Positions 1 through 11,961 of a stretch of 64,000 nt of DNA are shown in pieces. Source of the DNA: Octopus sinensis (lineage: Eukaryota); the NCBI RefSeq assembly GCF_006345805.1, contig NC_042999.1:59892001-59956000 (forward strand), read 5' to 3'. Every line of letters starts with the position of its first letter. Position 1 is the first letter of the stretch. The notes beneath the pieces are model-generated. The model was given only the letters and a program-made list of their open reading frames with translations, made no database searches and had not been told where the DNA came from. The position numbers were made by a program, and so were the translations under genes.

Positions 1-1199
1 TCTGCCGTTACGTTCCGAGTGTCAAATTCCCCGAGGTCGACTTTGCCTTTCATCCTTCCGGGGTCGATAATTATAGTACAGTTACGCACTGGGGGTTGAT
101 GAATCGACTTTAATCCGTTTGTCATGTCCTTGTTTGTCTCTCTGTGTTTAGCCCCTTGTGTGGGTATAAAGAAATATATATATACAGTATGTGTGTTATA
201 TAATATGTATATATATATTATATATGTATATATATGTTAGTATATATATATATATATTATATATATACTAATGCTCTTTATTCTTTTATTTGTTTCAGTC
301 ATTTGACTGTGGCTATGCTGGAGCACCACCTTTTAGTTGAGCAAATCAACCCCAGGACTTATTCTTTGTCAGCCTAGTACTTATTCTATCGGTCTCTTTT
401 GCCGAACCACTAGATTACGGGGATGTAAACACACTAGCATCGGTTGTCAAGTGATGTTGGGGGAACAAACACAGACACACAAGCATAAACACACACACAT
501 ATATATGTATATACATGACGGGCTTCTTTCAGTTTCCGTCTACCAAATCCACTTACAGGGCTTTGGTCAGCCCGAGGCTATAATAGAAGACACTTGCCCA
601 AGGTGCCATGCAGTGGGACTGAACCAGGAACCATGTGGTTGGTAAGCAAGCTACTTACCACACAGCCACTCCTGTGCAATATATATATTTATTTATTTAT
701 TTATTTATATATAATCATGTCAGTGAATTTATTAATCCTCTCCATGAAGGGTCATTGACCTCTTTAGGAGATTTTATGATGCAACCACTTCTTGTTGCAA
801 TTATTTATTGTTCACTAAAATCTTTGATTGATTGATTAACTGGCTGTGATTCATCATTGATTGCTCATATTACTATTGTTGCTGTTGTCTTTCTTGCTGC
901 TGTTTTCGTTCACTCTCCCTCCTCCTCTAGCATATCTGCACCATTCTACCGCTTGGAAGCAATCCATATACGCAGCAGCAACATACAAGATAGAGTAGGA
1001 TTCACAGTTTCTCTTATCTTGCTGTTTTGAAGGGTTGTGTTATAATAAATACCATGGCTAAGATTGTATCCATCCCAAAGACTAGTAGAGATCTTCAGGG
1101 CCAGAAACTAAGACTGCATCCGAAACTCTCAGGGAGACCATGCGGGCTGCAACGTAAGACTGTATCCCAAAGGCTATGAGGCATCTTGAGGGCCAGAAC

Positions 1200-1990
1200 C
1201 TCCTTCAGCTCCTCTCAATTACTGATGTTCTGATGTGTTGAAGTGCGTTCCCAAAGTAGAAAGTCCTGGGTCAAGAAAAGAACAAGCTTGTGTGTCTAAC
1301 CACTGCAATATCATCAGATGCTGACTGCCCTCCGCCAGTTGAGCAATGCAGTTGATGGATGTTCTGATTTAGCAGCAAAAAAATAAGATTAATGGTGTGT
1401 AAAAACAATGACATTCTTAGAGAAACTTTAGGTGTCTACATAAACTAGCTAGCCAGTTTGTTTTGAAGGACCTTTAGGATGGTTATGACTTGAGATAGCT
1501 TCTAGAAATCCTTGACTTGACGATGCTCCAGAGGAGCACTACTGGTTCAAAATAAACTCCAGAGATTTAGAAGTGCCATCAGGAAGGATTGTCTGAGTGA
1601 GTGCAGAGCAACAAAACTATGTTGCTCTTACATGTGCAGTGTCCAAGCATTACTGACTTGTGGAGTTATGTTGGAGTTATGCGGGACAAATTCACCTATT
1701 GGCTAAGTCCACTGTGAAGATTGCTGCGCTGCCTGCCTTAACAAGGTAAGGCAAGCCACATTCCTCTGTCTGGTGGCCATGGGGAAAGGCTGTATAGGGG
1801 ACAAAAGTGAAAGCATTGAGGACAGACTTCTACCTCTTTGGTTAAACTCTCATTGACTTTTTCAAATCCTGCTTGGAAAGGAAAGCAAAAGTAATTAGGG
1901 AGATGATCTCTCCTAATGAATTTGTCAAAATGTGAGTGACAATGGCAAAAATGAGCTGGGTGAAAGGAACTACTCTAAGCATATGCTTGT
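1200..1990 (+). mobile_element. Decayed 3' part of an L1/Tx1-clade LINE ORF2
   Basis: Relic frames ETLGV..*LASLF*RTF..DSF*KSLT*RCSRGALLVQNKL and QSNKTMLLLHVQCPSITDLWSYV (zinc-knuckle C-terminal region), then GQIHLLAKSTVKIA. Confidence 0.6.
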
Positions 1991-2382
1991 AGATTGAAGA
2001 TAAACAGTTTGGTGAGGGCTTGTGCCGTTGATGGGCAGGGTGATCCTGGATCTGTAGGGGTCTTTGATTGTGCCCTCCCACCTCCCTAGTTGGAGGCTCT
2101 CCTGTATCAGAAGAACTGCATCATCCACACACTTTGTATACTAAACAAGTTATTAAGATGGCAAGCAAGCAGAATTGTTAGCATGCCGGTCAAAATGTTT
2201 AGTGGCAGTTCATCTGTCTTTACATTCTGAGTTCAAATTCGGCCGAGGTCAGCTTTGCCTTTTATCCTTTCACGGTTGATAAAATAAGTACCAGTTGTGC
2301 ACTGGAGTCGATTTAATTTACTTTTACCCTCCCCTACAACTGCTGGCCATATGCCAAAATTTGAAACCATTATTATTATTAT

Positions 2383-2944
2383 TAACCCGCATGTGTAAGC
2401 GAAAGCAGGGTATTATAATTAATTGTCCTTGTCTGTGTGTTTGCAAAATTACTTGAAAACAGCCAAACAGATTTTCACCAAATTTGGCAGAAATACTCTC
2501 TGGGGGAGTGGCTCAAAATGATGAAAATCTGGTTCGATTATCTTCAAACATACATAAATACATACATAGATATGCAACTCTGTGTGTATACAGTAATGGA
2601 TTTGAGGGTTTCATTTATTTATGAGTTGATTTCTCAATTTCACCGGAGTATAAATACCTATAATGGTGATACTTAAAAAAAAGAAAAAAATTTTTTTAAA
2701 GATCAAACTCAAAAATTTCCCGATAAGCAAGTGGTCATATTATTTATATCCTGCAATGAACTACAGTACATTTAATTCACCTGCCATAACTGAAAGACGT
2801 TGCTATGCAATATTTTCTATAAGTATTTCATTTTGTTCACTTTCTTTTTCATATGAATTGAACCTTGTCTGCATATGTATAGATCATGTTGTACCTATAC
2901 ATATAGACACGTGTGCATACATAAATACATACATATATATGCGA

Positions 2945-2992
<48 letters not shown>

Positions 2993-3210
2993 AATAATGG
3001 ATTTGAGGGTTTAGTTTACTTATGAGTTGATTTCTTAATTTCATCATTCTTAGGCTTCTGATCCTCTTTTAGTGAAACCCCTACAAAGCTTAATTCAGTT
3101 TGGTTAAAAAGCATGAGTAAGCAACGCACTGTAAACCACACTATAATTTGCAAAAAAATTTATCCACATGCAGGGTATGCATTATCCTTCCGATGCCTTA
3201 TTCTTTTATT
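2383..3210 (+). mobile_element. DINE-1/HINE-like (Helentron-dependent) non-autonomous element
   Basis: 5' sub-terminal aacccgcatgt (2384) with nearby partial complement gcagggtat (2405); 3' acatgcagggtat (3166) followed by a short gcat..atgc hairpin and a T-rich end; core acagattttcaccaaatttgg; internal 50-bp duplication (2595/2995) and (GT)n. Confidence 0.45.
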
Positions 3211-3367
3211 ATTATTGTTTTTGCCAAAGTCTCCTTCACATTTCATTCTTTCAGGGTCAGTGAATTAAGTACTAGTAAAACATTGGGGTCAATGTAATCA
3301 ACTAGTCCCATCCCCACAAATTTCAGACCTTGTACCTACAGCAGAAAGGATTATTATTATTATTATT

Positions 3368-3646
3368 CTCTGTTTGACTTTTGCTTTATATTTGAACAAG
3401 CTGGCTCCAAGTCTCATCCAGAGACCTCAAGAGACAACAAGTTGGAAGTTCGTGTTGGTGTTATGCCTAGGGTGCCATATATTTGGTTTTGTGCTTAGTG
3501 TTGTACTAGTGAATGCCTAAAAAACCATACGAAAGTTATGTTTGTTTTAAAACTTGAGATTACATAGAAAGTATTTTGCGTAGGATATGAGCAGTTCCCA
3601 TGAGCACTATCTTTTGAATTTCTGACATTTTTGGATTTCCTGGTAT
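3368..3646 (-). mobile_element. 3' end of an R4/Dong-type (restriction-like endonuclease) LINE embedded in (TAA)n
   Basis: IPGNPKMSEIQKIVLMGTAHILRKILSM* at 3560-3646 is the characteristic C-terminus of R4-clade ORFs; (TTA)n lies on both sides. Confidence 0.75.
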
Positions 3647-3648
3647 CA

Positions 3649-3688
<40 letters not shown>

Positions 3689-3700
3689 CATTATTATTAT

Positions 3701-4254
3701 TCAGTGAGAGAGCAGTGCATGCCATCAAAGTGACACTGGGGTAAAATATACGAAGCCCAGTATACCCATCATGACTACCTGTCTGATAAGGGTACACCAG
3801 GCACATGCATCACAACCATATGTGCGCGACATGGTGGTCTCATATCAAGATAAACAGCACGTGACCTTGCAGGTGGGGCCCAGTTAGAATTTTCTTCTGG
3901 TTGAGTAACCCATCCTGCTCAAAAGGTCCCTGAATAAGAGTTGTTTAAGGATGTTGAACGAAACACCCATGTTTCCTGAGGTGAATTATTCAAACTCCAA
4001 AGAATCCCTCTCAACACATGGCTACGATGCTTCCCCACTACTCTGCTCATGATCAGCGATGCACATATCATCAGCCACTAAGGGACATGCTCAACTGATT
4101 AAGGTCAGACAACTGACGACCAAATTTGTAGTATTGAGCAGAATATTTGCCGTAGCCCATCTTTTATACCAAGACAAAACAATATACATGATGACACTTC
4201 CAATCAGTTAAGATCAGAACCCATGAGAGCCACTGCCTTGTACTGCATCAGGGC
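3701..4254 (-). mobile_element. Interspersed element in (TAA)n, probably the 3'UTR of a second R4/Dong-like family
   Basis: A 554-bp unique block sharply bounded by (TTA)n on both sides; the minus strand ends ctctctcactg(aat)n. Confidence 0.5.
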
Positions 4255-5256
4255 ATTATTATTACTATTATTATTATTATTATCTTTATTATTATTATTG
4301 TTGTTATTATTATTATTAAGAAGACAGTGAGCTGGTAGTCGTTAGCACTTCAGACAAAATACGAAGCAACATTCCTTCTGGGTCTTTATGTTCTAAGTTT
4401 GACATAATTGATAAATACCCCACTGCGCCCCCACCCCAGAAATTGCTGGCCTTGTGCCAAAATTTTAAACTATTATTATTATTGTTATTATTATTATTAT
4501 TATTTGTTATTATTATACATCTATCATATTTATTTTTCATTACTTTTCAAATTTATCCAAACAACAAGGGATTTGTAAGTCTGGGATTATTTTTGCTGTC
4601 TGTAAGAGAGTAGTAGAAAAAAACATTTTTTTTTTTTGCAAGAGTGATAATAAATGTTTGTGCAATTTGCAGAAAGTAATTTCTGGCTGTGATATAAAAT
4701 GTATTGTGATACCAAATACAAAAATGTTAATACTGTTTGCTCACATTTACCAAGCTAACAGTTAAAAACCGGTATCCTTTACATTAAAGCTGGGGGTGAT
4801 CTGGCAAATGCTAGCCGAAGCCTGGAGAGAAAATAGCTGTACATAGGATTAAAAAAGAATATCAGTGACACTTTATAAGACAGTAAACAGTTAGTTGTTA
4901 AGTGTTTATTTTATATCCTACTGAAGTAGATATTATATATATATTGCTACTAAGCTGGGAACAAAGGTTTTATTTATTAGGGTATATTTGGCTTACTTGT
5001 TTAATCTGATAAGCCTTTTTGCTCAAAGAAATTACATCGTTGAATCTTTTATGTATTCATTGGAAGTTTTGGAAATAGCAGCTACAAATCTCCCTCAAAT
5101 CTCACCCTATCATGTTAAGAAAAAATAACACAAACAAAAATAAATAAAAGGAAAAAAAAAAAGAAATAGAAGGCCATCTGGATAATGTTGTTCTTGATAA
5201 ATTGTATGACTGTGTAACCATAGATTTTTGTTTCGTTATCACTGGGTCTCAAGTCT

Positions 5257-5311
<55 letters not shown>

Positions 5312-5342
5312 GTTTATTACGTTGGGATAGTGGGTGCTGCTG

Positions 5343-5733
5343 CTGTTGTTGTTGTTGAGTGAATAGTTTTTGTCCCAGAGCTCGCAAGATGGGAGAAGTC
5401 CGAAACTTGGTCCTGTGCTATTCGTAAGACCCGCAGAAGTGAAAGCAGGTCAACCCATGACACCGAGAGCATCGACGGATGGATGAATGAGCATCCAGGC
5501 TCAGTGGTTGCGTAGGAAGTCGGGGAGGGGGGAAAGAAACAGGAAGAAAGAGTGAGATAAAGTTGGGGTGAAAGAGTACAACAGGGGTCACCACCACCCC
5601 CTGCCGGAGCCTCATGGAGCTTTGGGTGTTTTCGCTCAATAAACACACACAACGCCTGGTCTGGGAATCGAAACCGCGATCCTCTGACCGCGAGTCCACT
5701 GCCCTAACCACTGGGCCATTGTGCCTCCACTAT
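5343..5733 (-). mobile_element. tRNA-derived SINE family D, full length with a 12-bp TSD; other copies at 24877-25173 and 51837-52085 (plus)
   Basis: A box tggcccagtgg, B box gtttcgattcc, (CAA)n tail; tgggtgctgctg duplicated at 5331-5342 and 5734-5745. Confidence 0.88.
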
Positions 5734-5832
5734 TGGGTGCTGCTGTAACCTTGAGCCAGCCAACACCTTGTGAGTGAATTTGGTTGATGAAAACTGTGTG
5801 AAGGCTCATCACATATGTGTCTGTTTGTCTTG

Positions 5833-5913
<81 letters not shown>

Positions 5914-7401
5914 CAACAAAGCCCTCCCCCAAATCTCAGTTGAAGGGTCTTGTCTTGCAAGTAATTAGGTGACCTTGCTGGTGCCGGTGCCACATAAAAG
6001 TCACCCAGCAAATTCTGTTAAGTAGTTGGTGGTAGGAAGAGTATCTGGCCATAGAATCCATTCCAAGAAAGACAGTAGAACTCTTCACAGTCTTCTGCTT
6101 TGCTAGCTCTTGTCAAACTGTCCAACCCATACCCGCATGGAAAGCAGATATTAAAATGCAGATGATGATAATGATAATGATAATGATGATGACGACGACG
6201 ACAATATATGTGTGTGTGTGTGTGTGAATGTGTTTATAGACATGTGAATATGTACATATATATATATATGTGTGTGTGTATATGTATGTGTGTATATATG
6301 CGTGAATATATATATATGTGTGTGTATGTGTCAATATAAATGTTACGAAGGGCATCCAGCTGAAGAAACAATGCCACGTTAGGCTGGAACTGGCAGCAGC
6401 TGTCCGGCTCATCAGTTCCACTCAAACTCTCTAACCCATGCCAGCATGGAGTGCAGACGTTAAATGATAATGGTGATGATATATATATATATATATATAC
6501 ATGGGGATACATATATGGCAGTGAGGTGGCAGAAATGTTAGTATGCTAGGCAAAATGCTTAGCGGTATTTTGTCTGCCGCTACGTTCTGAGTTCTAATTC
6601 CGCCAAGGTCGACTTTGCTTTTCATCCTTTCGGGGTCGATTAAATAAGTACCAGTTACGCACTAGGGTCGATATAATCAACTTAATCCGTTTGTCCTCTC
6701 TGTGTTTAGCCCCTTGTGGGTGGGTAGTAAAGAAATAGGTATTTTGTCTGTCTTTACGTTTTGAGTTCAAATTCTGACGAGGTTGACTTTGCTGTTCATC
6801 CTTTCAGGTTCAATGAATTAAGTACCAGTTCCATACTGGGGTCAATGTAATCGACTGCAGCCCCCCCCCCCACCACAAAAAAAAAATTCGGGCCTTGTGC
6901 TTAGAGTAGAAAAGGATATATACATGGAGATGCTGAAGAGTTCCTGGCTTTGGGTAAAAGAAAATATAAGAGGGTCAGTTGATTATGATTTTATTCAGTG
7001 ACTATGTTTGTGTGTATACATATACATATATATTCCTCTTGTAAAAGAACTTGGAAGGTTGGTCCTCCAACCAGGCTTTTCATGATACTCTTAAAGCCAA
7101 GAATTTTTCAGTACCACCTGTATGCAGTTATATTTAGGGATGGTTATGCATAAATGTGTGTGTGTGTGTGTATATGTATATATCTTTATCTTTTGCTTGT
7201 TTCAGTCATTGGACTGCAGCCATACTGGGGCAACACCTTGAAGGGTTTAGTCAAACAAATCTACAGTAGTTCTTACTTTTGCTTAAAGCCTGGTGCTAGT
7301 GGTCTCTTTTGCCAAACTTCTAATGGGAACATAAATTAACCCACACCACTTGTCAAGCTGTGATGAGGAACAAACACACACACACAGATATATACATATG
7401 T

Positions 7402-7472
<71 letters not shown>

Positions 7473-7873
7473 TCTTTACTCTTTTACTTGTTTCAGTCAT
7501 TTGACTGTGGCCATGCTGGAGTACCGCCTTTAGTCGAGCAAATCGACCCCAGGACTTATTCTTTGTAAGCCTAGTACTTATTCTATCGGTCTCTTTTGCT
7601 GAACCGCTAAGTTATTGGGACAATAATGCACCAACATCAGTTGTCAAGCGATGTTGGGGTGGGGGGGACAAACACACACACACACACACACATATATATA
7701 CACATACATACGACAAGCTTCTTTCAGTTTCCATCTACCAAATCCACTCACAAGGCTTTGGTCGGCCCGAGGCTATAGTAGAAGACACTTGCCCAAGGTG
7801 CCTTGCAGTGGGACCGAACCTGAGGCCATGTGGTTTGTAAGCAAGCTACTTACCACACAGCCACTCCTACACC

Positions 7874-8047
7874 TGGAAAAACAAACAAGAGGTTGTATCA
7901 AGAAATGTATTTGGCTGTGGAACAACTCCTGCCTCAAACAGGGCTGAAAATGATGACAACTTCGACAGCAATGATGGTGATGATGAAGAAAAAATATCCT
8001 TACATGAAATTAGATTGAAAGGTTTAAATTTAAACAGAAACATTTAA
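7874..8047 (+). pseudogene. pogo-like DDE transposase C-terminal relic, cut by a SINE
   Basis: WKNKQEVVSRNVFGCGTTPASNRAENDDNF resembles the W....E.V.R.F..CGI....G.EDD motif of pogo-family transposases, followed by an acidic tail. Confidence 0.45.
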
Positions 8048-9229
8048 AAACAACCAAATTCATATGATAGAAGCAGCAGGAGTTTACATCAAAAGAGTTT
8101 GATGTAAAATTACAGAAAAAAATATGTATTTTAGAATTTGTGATCTGTTGGTATTGTGTTGTTGTTGTTGTAATTTTTATTGCTGAAAATAATAAAAATA
8201 AAAAAATAGTTACAGACATAAAATGATTAGAAAGATTTTTGAAGATTCAAAATGCATGCTTTAATTATTAGTTCATTGGAAGCATCTGTTTAAGTTCCAA
8301 TTAAATAGACTGCTGCCTGTTGTTATGTAGGGTGGAGATGATTATGTTCCATGTTTCGTATGATGCGGTGTTTTTGCGACAGCGTTTAACTCTGTGACCT
8401 TCTACAGTCAGTAGTTCAACGAGTGAATCACGGGAACGTTTATGCTTCCTAATTGCGAATCTGAAGCAAAGTCTAAATATAGTTTGCATACTGGGACAAC
8501 CGTCAGTGTGCATAGGCAATAAACACAGTCAGATGCAACTGCAAATAAATACACACTTGTACACAATGCATATGCAGACATGCACACCACACACCCAGCC
8601 ACCCACCCACACCCACCCACCCACACACTGCGTTCATCTCTTTAATTAGTTGGGTGTGTTAGTGCCTGAAATGTTAAACTTAATTGAATAGATGTTAAGT
8701 GAACTGTAACTGAACTGCATAAAGTAAGATCTAGCACATGAAGAAGCCGTTTATGTAGTAATAACGGTCATTAGCGGTCACTAATGGTCATTAACTAACT
8801 CCGGTCATAATGAATTACTTTACTTATTATTTTTACTGTATATTTACTCTGTATGTGTGTGTGTATACATATACATATATATTGCCTGTTTGTGTTCAAT
8901 TATTTTGTGAAGTAGCATAATAGAATATTTAATTTTAAACATGCGCATATACAGCCACACTCTTACCACCAAAAACACACATATACATGCAGATGTGTAC
9001 ACATACACACACAGACCACATTCTTCCTCATAAACACATATAGATACCGATGCACTCATACACTTGCTCAGGCAGGCACACATAATTTTATGCATAAACT
9101 TACTCTTACGCACACACATATATACCCAAAGACAAATTCAGGTATAGGCATTGCTGTTACGAGACATAAATATGCATATTATCGTATTCATTAGCCCCAT
9201 TTAACCTCTGTTTTCAATACTGGCATAGG

Positions 9230-9725
9230 AGCTGGTAAGCTTGGGAAAGGCACTGAGATCCAAGTGTCTGCTTTGGTAGGGCTTTTACACCTGGATTCTC
9301 TTTCTAACACGAACCGATTGTCTTGAGCCACTGTTCTTGAGGAGACCTATTGAGTCAAGTACATCAACATCAAAATAAAAATTCAAATGGAAATTGTAGT
9401 TAAGACACCCATGCTGGTGACACGTAAAAAGCACCGTCCAAACGTGGCAGATGCCAGCGCCGCCTGACTGGCGTCCATGTCGGTGACACGTAAAAGCATC
9501 AACCGATCATGGCTGTTCACCAGCCTGCTCTGGCCCCTGTGCCAGTGGCACGTAAAAAACACCCACTACACTCACTGAGTGGTTGGCGTTAGGAAGGGCA
9601 TCCCGCAGTAGAAACACTGCCAAATCAGACTAGAGCCTGGTGCAGCCTCCATGGCTTGCAGACCCCGGTTGAACCGTCCAACCCATGCTAGCGTGGAAAA
9701 CAGATGTTAAATGATGATGATGATG
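9230..9725 (+). mobile_element. RTE 3'UTR fragment (similar fragments at ~5960-6180, 6345-6480, 29995-30255, 32545-32690, 33430-33705 plus; 9780-9850, 34140-34350 minus)
   Basis: Shared gtggttggcgttaggaagggcatcc...ccaacccatgctagcatggaaa..gacgttaaa(gat)n end, the same as the long LINE end. Confidence 0.85.
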
Positions 9726-10468
9726 ACACTGAGACCAGTGAAGTAGCCGAGTAATGCACACAAAACATGAACATCATCACCATCATTATCAACATCATTT
9801 AACATCCATCTCTCATGCTGGCATCGGTTCGACACATTCCAATAGGTTGGAAGATAGCGTTGTATGCCAATGTCTGAGTTGTAGTTCTTCAAAGCTGGTT
9901 GTGCACATTTCACATTTGCCCAAGGTGCCATGTAGTGGGACTGAACCCGGAGCTATGTGGTTGGTAAGCAAGCCACTTACCACACAGCCACTCCTACACC
10001 TATATATATAGTTATGTATATGTTCCCAAATGTTGCTAATAATAATGTTACTGTTTCCCATGTCTATAGTAAATGATGATGATGTTGATGATGATGATGA
10101 TGATGATGATTATGGTGGTGGCAGTGTCTACAGCTCTGGCACCAGCAAATGTGATTGTGGTGGTGATGATTGTGATGATGAATCATTATGGCCCCTTAAA
10201 CAATTGGAGCAGTCATTTGGCTGCTGCTGCTATAGTTGTTGTTGTTATTGCAATGTAAACTCAGGAAAAAATAAAAAAAAATAAATCTGAAGGTATCTGG
10301 TTAAGGGGAGAGTGTAGAGCGGGGTTTGTTATTTGAATGAAGAGTAAAGTAGGAGTGTTGGGAAAGGGAAGACTGAAAAAAAAAGAAATATATGAATGAC
10401 AAATTACCAGAAGAAAGCACTTTGTGAAATATAACAGGGAATCATCTAGATTTTTATTTATATTTTTA

Positions 10469-10515
<47 letters not shown>

Positions 10516-10534
10516 AATTTTTCTTTTGGTCTTT

Positions 10535-10936
10535 TTAATGTAATTTTACCTGAATAGGTTTATCATGGAAAAGTGTGATCATCATCATCATCTTCATCAA
10601 GAACAGCAGCATCAAGCTGCAGATTATCATTATCATCATCATGATCAGCATCAGCATCATTGTTATCGTCACTGTCATCATCGTCACTTTCATTGCATCA
10701 TCTTCATCATCATCTTCATTATCATCATCTTCATCATCATCGTCATCATCATCATCATCTTCGTCATCAGCATCATCATCGTCATCAGCATCATCATCAT
10801 TGTCATCATCATCACCATCATCACCATCATCATCATTGTCGTCATCATCATCATAATCATCGTCATCATCATCATAATCATCATCATCACCAGCATCATC
10901 ATCATCACCATCATTGTCATCACCACCACCACCACC

Positions 10937-10967
<31 letters not shown>

Positions 10968-11100
10968 CCTCTTTTTTTTTTATCTCCACTGTTATTATCA
11001 TCATTGTTAACTCCACTGTCATTATTATCAACATCACTACTAATCACAATCATCATCATCGTTGTCATCATCATCGCTATCATTATCATCATCATCATCT
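10535..11100. repeat. Cryptic (CAT)n tract; other long simple tracts: (TA/CA) 14510-14930, CT-rich 27420-28330, (AAT)n 40415-40690, (GAT)n 54232-54600
   Basis: Direct inspection. Confidence 0.95.
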
Positions 11101-11445
11101 TGAAATTTTAACCCCCAATCTTGCTGGGAAGAATGTGCGTGTGTTTGTTTAAGTTTATGTTATTAATTTCTGTTGTTGTTGCTGTTTGGCTCTGGGTCAA
11201 CCTTGATCAAAAAAGGCTTCTTACGATCAGAAGCATTTCCAGCTGTGACTATCAGATCTTATTTTTTTCAACAAGGATTACAAAGTCTGTAGTGGGATAG
11301 CATTCTTATGATTCATGAGTGATCTGACTGCCAATTCTAGCAGTTGGTATGACCTCGTAGAGGCTGCTTCATTATAATTAATTACATCAGGTGTGATGGA
11401 GCAGAAACCAGTTTACAGTTCTATATTTAAGAGATGAGGAATTAA

Positions 11446-11601
11446 TTACATTATTTAGATTATTTACATTCGACGAATATTTGTCCTCATCTTGTTTGTT
11501 GTTAACACAACGTTTTGGCTGATATATCCTCCAGCTTTCTTCGGGTGTCTTGGGAAAATTTCGAACCTGAGTTCTCATTCCTAAGGTATTTTTCAATGTT
11601 G

Positions 11602-11646
<45 letters not shown>

Positions 11647-11944
11647 TGATTACTGCCTGGAATCGAACTCGGAATCTTGTGCATATGGCGTAGTGGTTAA
11701 GTGCATGGGCTACTAACTCCAAGATTCCAAGTTCGATTCCAGGCAGTGACCTGAATAATAATAATAGTAATAATAATAATAATAATAATAACATTGAAAA
11801 ATACCTTAGGAATGAGAACCCAGGTTCGAAATTTCCCCAAGACACCTGAAGAAGGCTGGAAGATATATCAGCCAAAACGTTGTGTTAACAACAAACAAGA
11901 TGAGGACAAATATCCGTCGAATGTAAATAATTTAAATAATGTAA
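11446..11944. mobile_element. Head-to-head inverted pair of a tRNA-headed element with a Penelope-type hammerhead tail
   Basis: 11446-11678 is the reverse complement of 11721-11944 apart from scattered substitutions and (AAT)n length. The unique loop 11679-11720 holds A box TGGCGTAGTGG (11686); B box GTTCGATTCC lies at 11731. Confidence 0.85.
11841..11886 (+). ncRNA. Minimal type I hammerhead ribozyme relic (G12>A); inverted copy at 11504-11549
   Basis: GACAC-CTGAAGA-A-GGCTG(gaagatatat)CAGCC-AAAAC-GTT-GTGTT. Stem I is GACAC/GTGTT, stem II is 5 bp, and the core has AAAAC instead of GAAAC. Confidence 0.8.
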
Positions 11945-11961
11945 ATAAGAAACAAGTTTGT

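Noticed and set aside
4783-4821. Possible 39-nt minus-strand exon (LRLAFARSPPAL)
   Set aside because: Good acceptor but isolated; no supporting exons or homology on that strand.
5380-5420. GGA-GAAG-TCC-GAAAC-TTG-GTC within SINE-D
   Set aside because: No CUGANGA, and it is antisense to the SINE.
11679-11750. tRNA gene
   Set aside because: A and B boxes are present but there is no acceptor stem or cloverleaf; it is a SINE-type head. The same applies to all other tRNA-like heads here.
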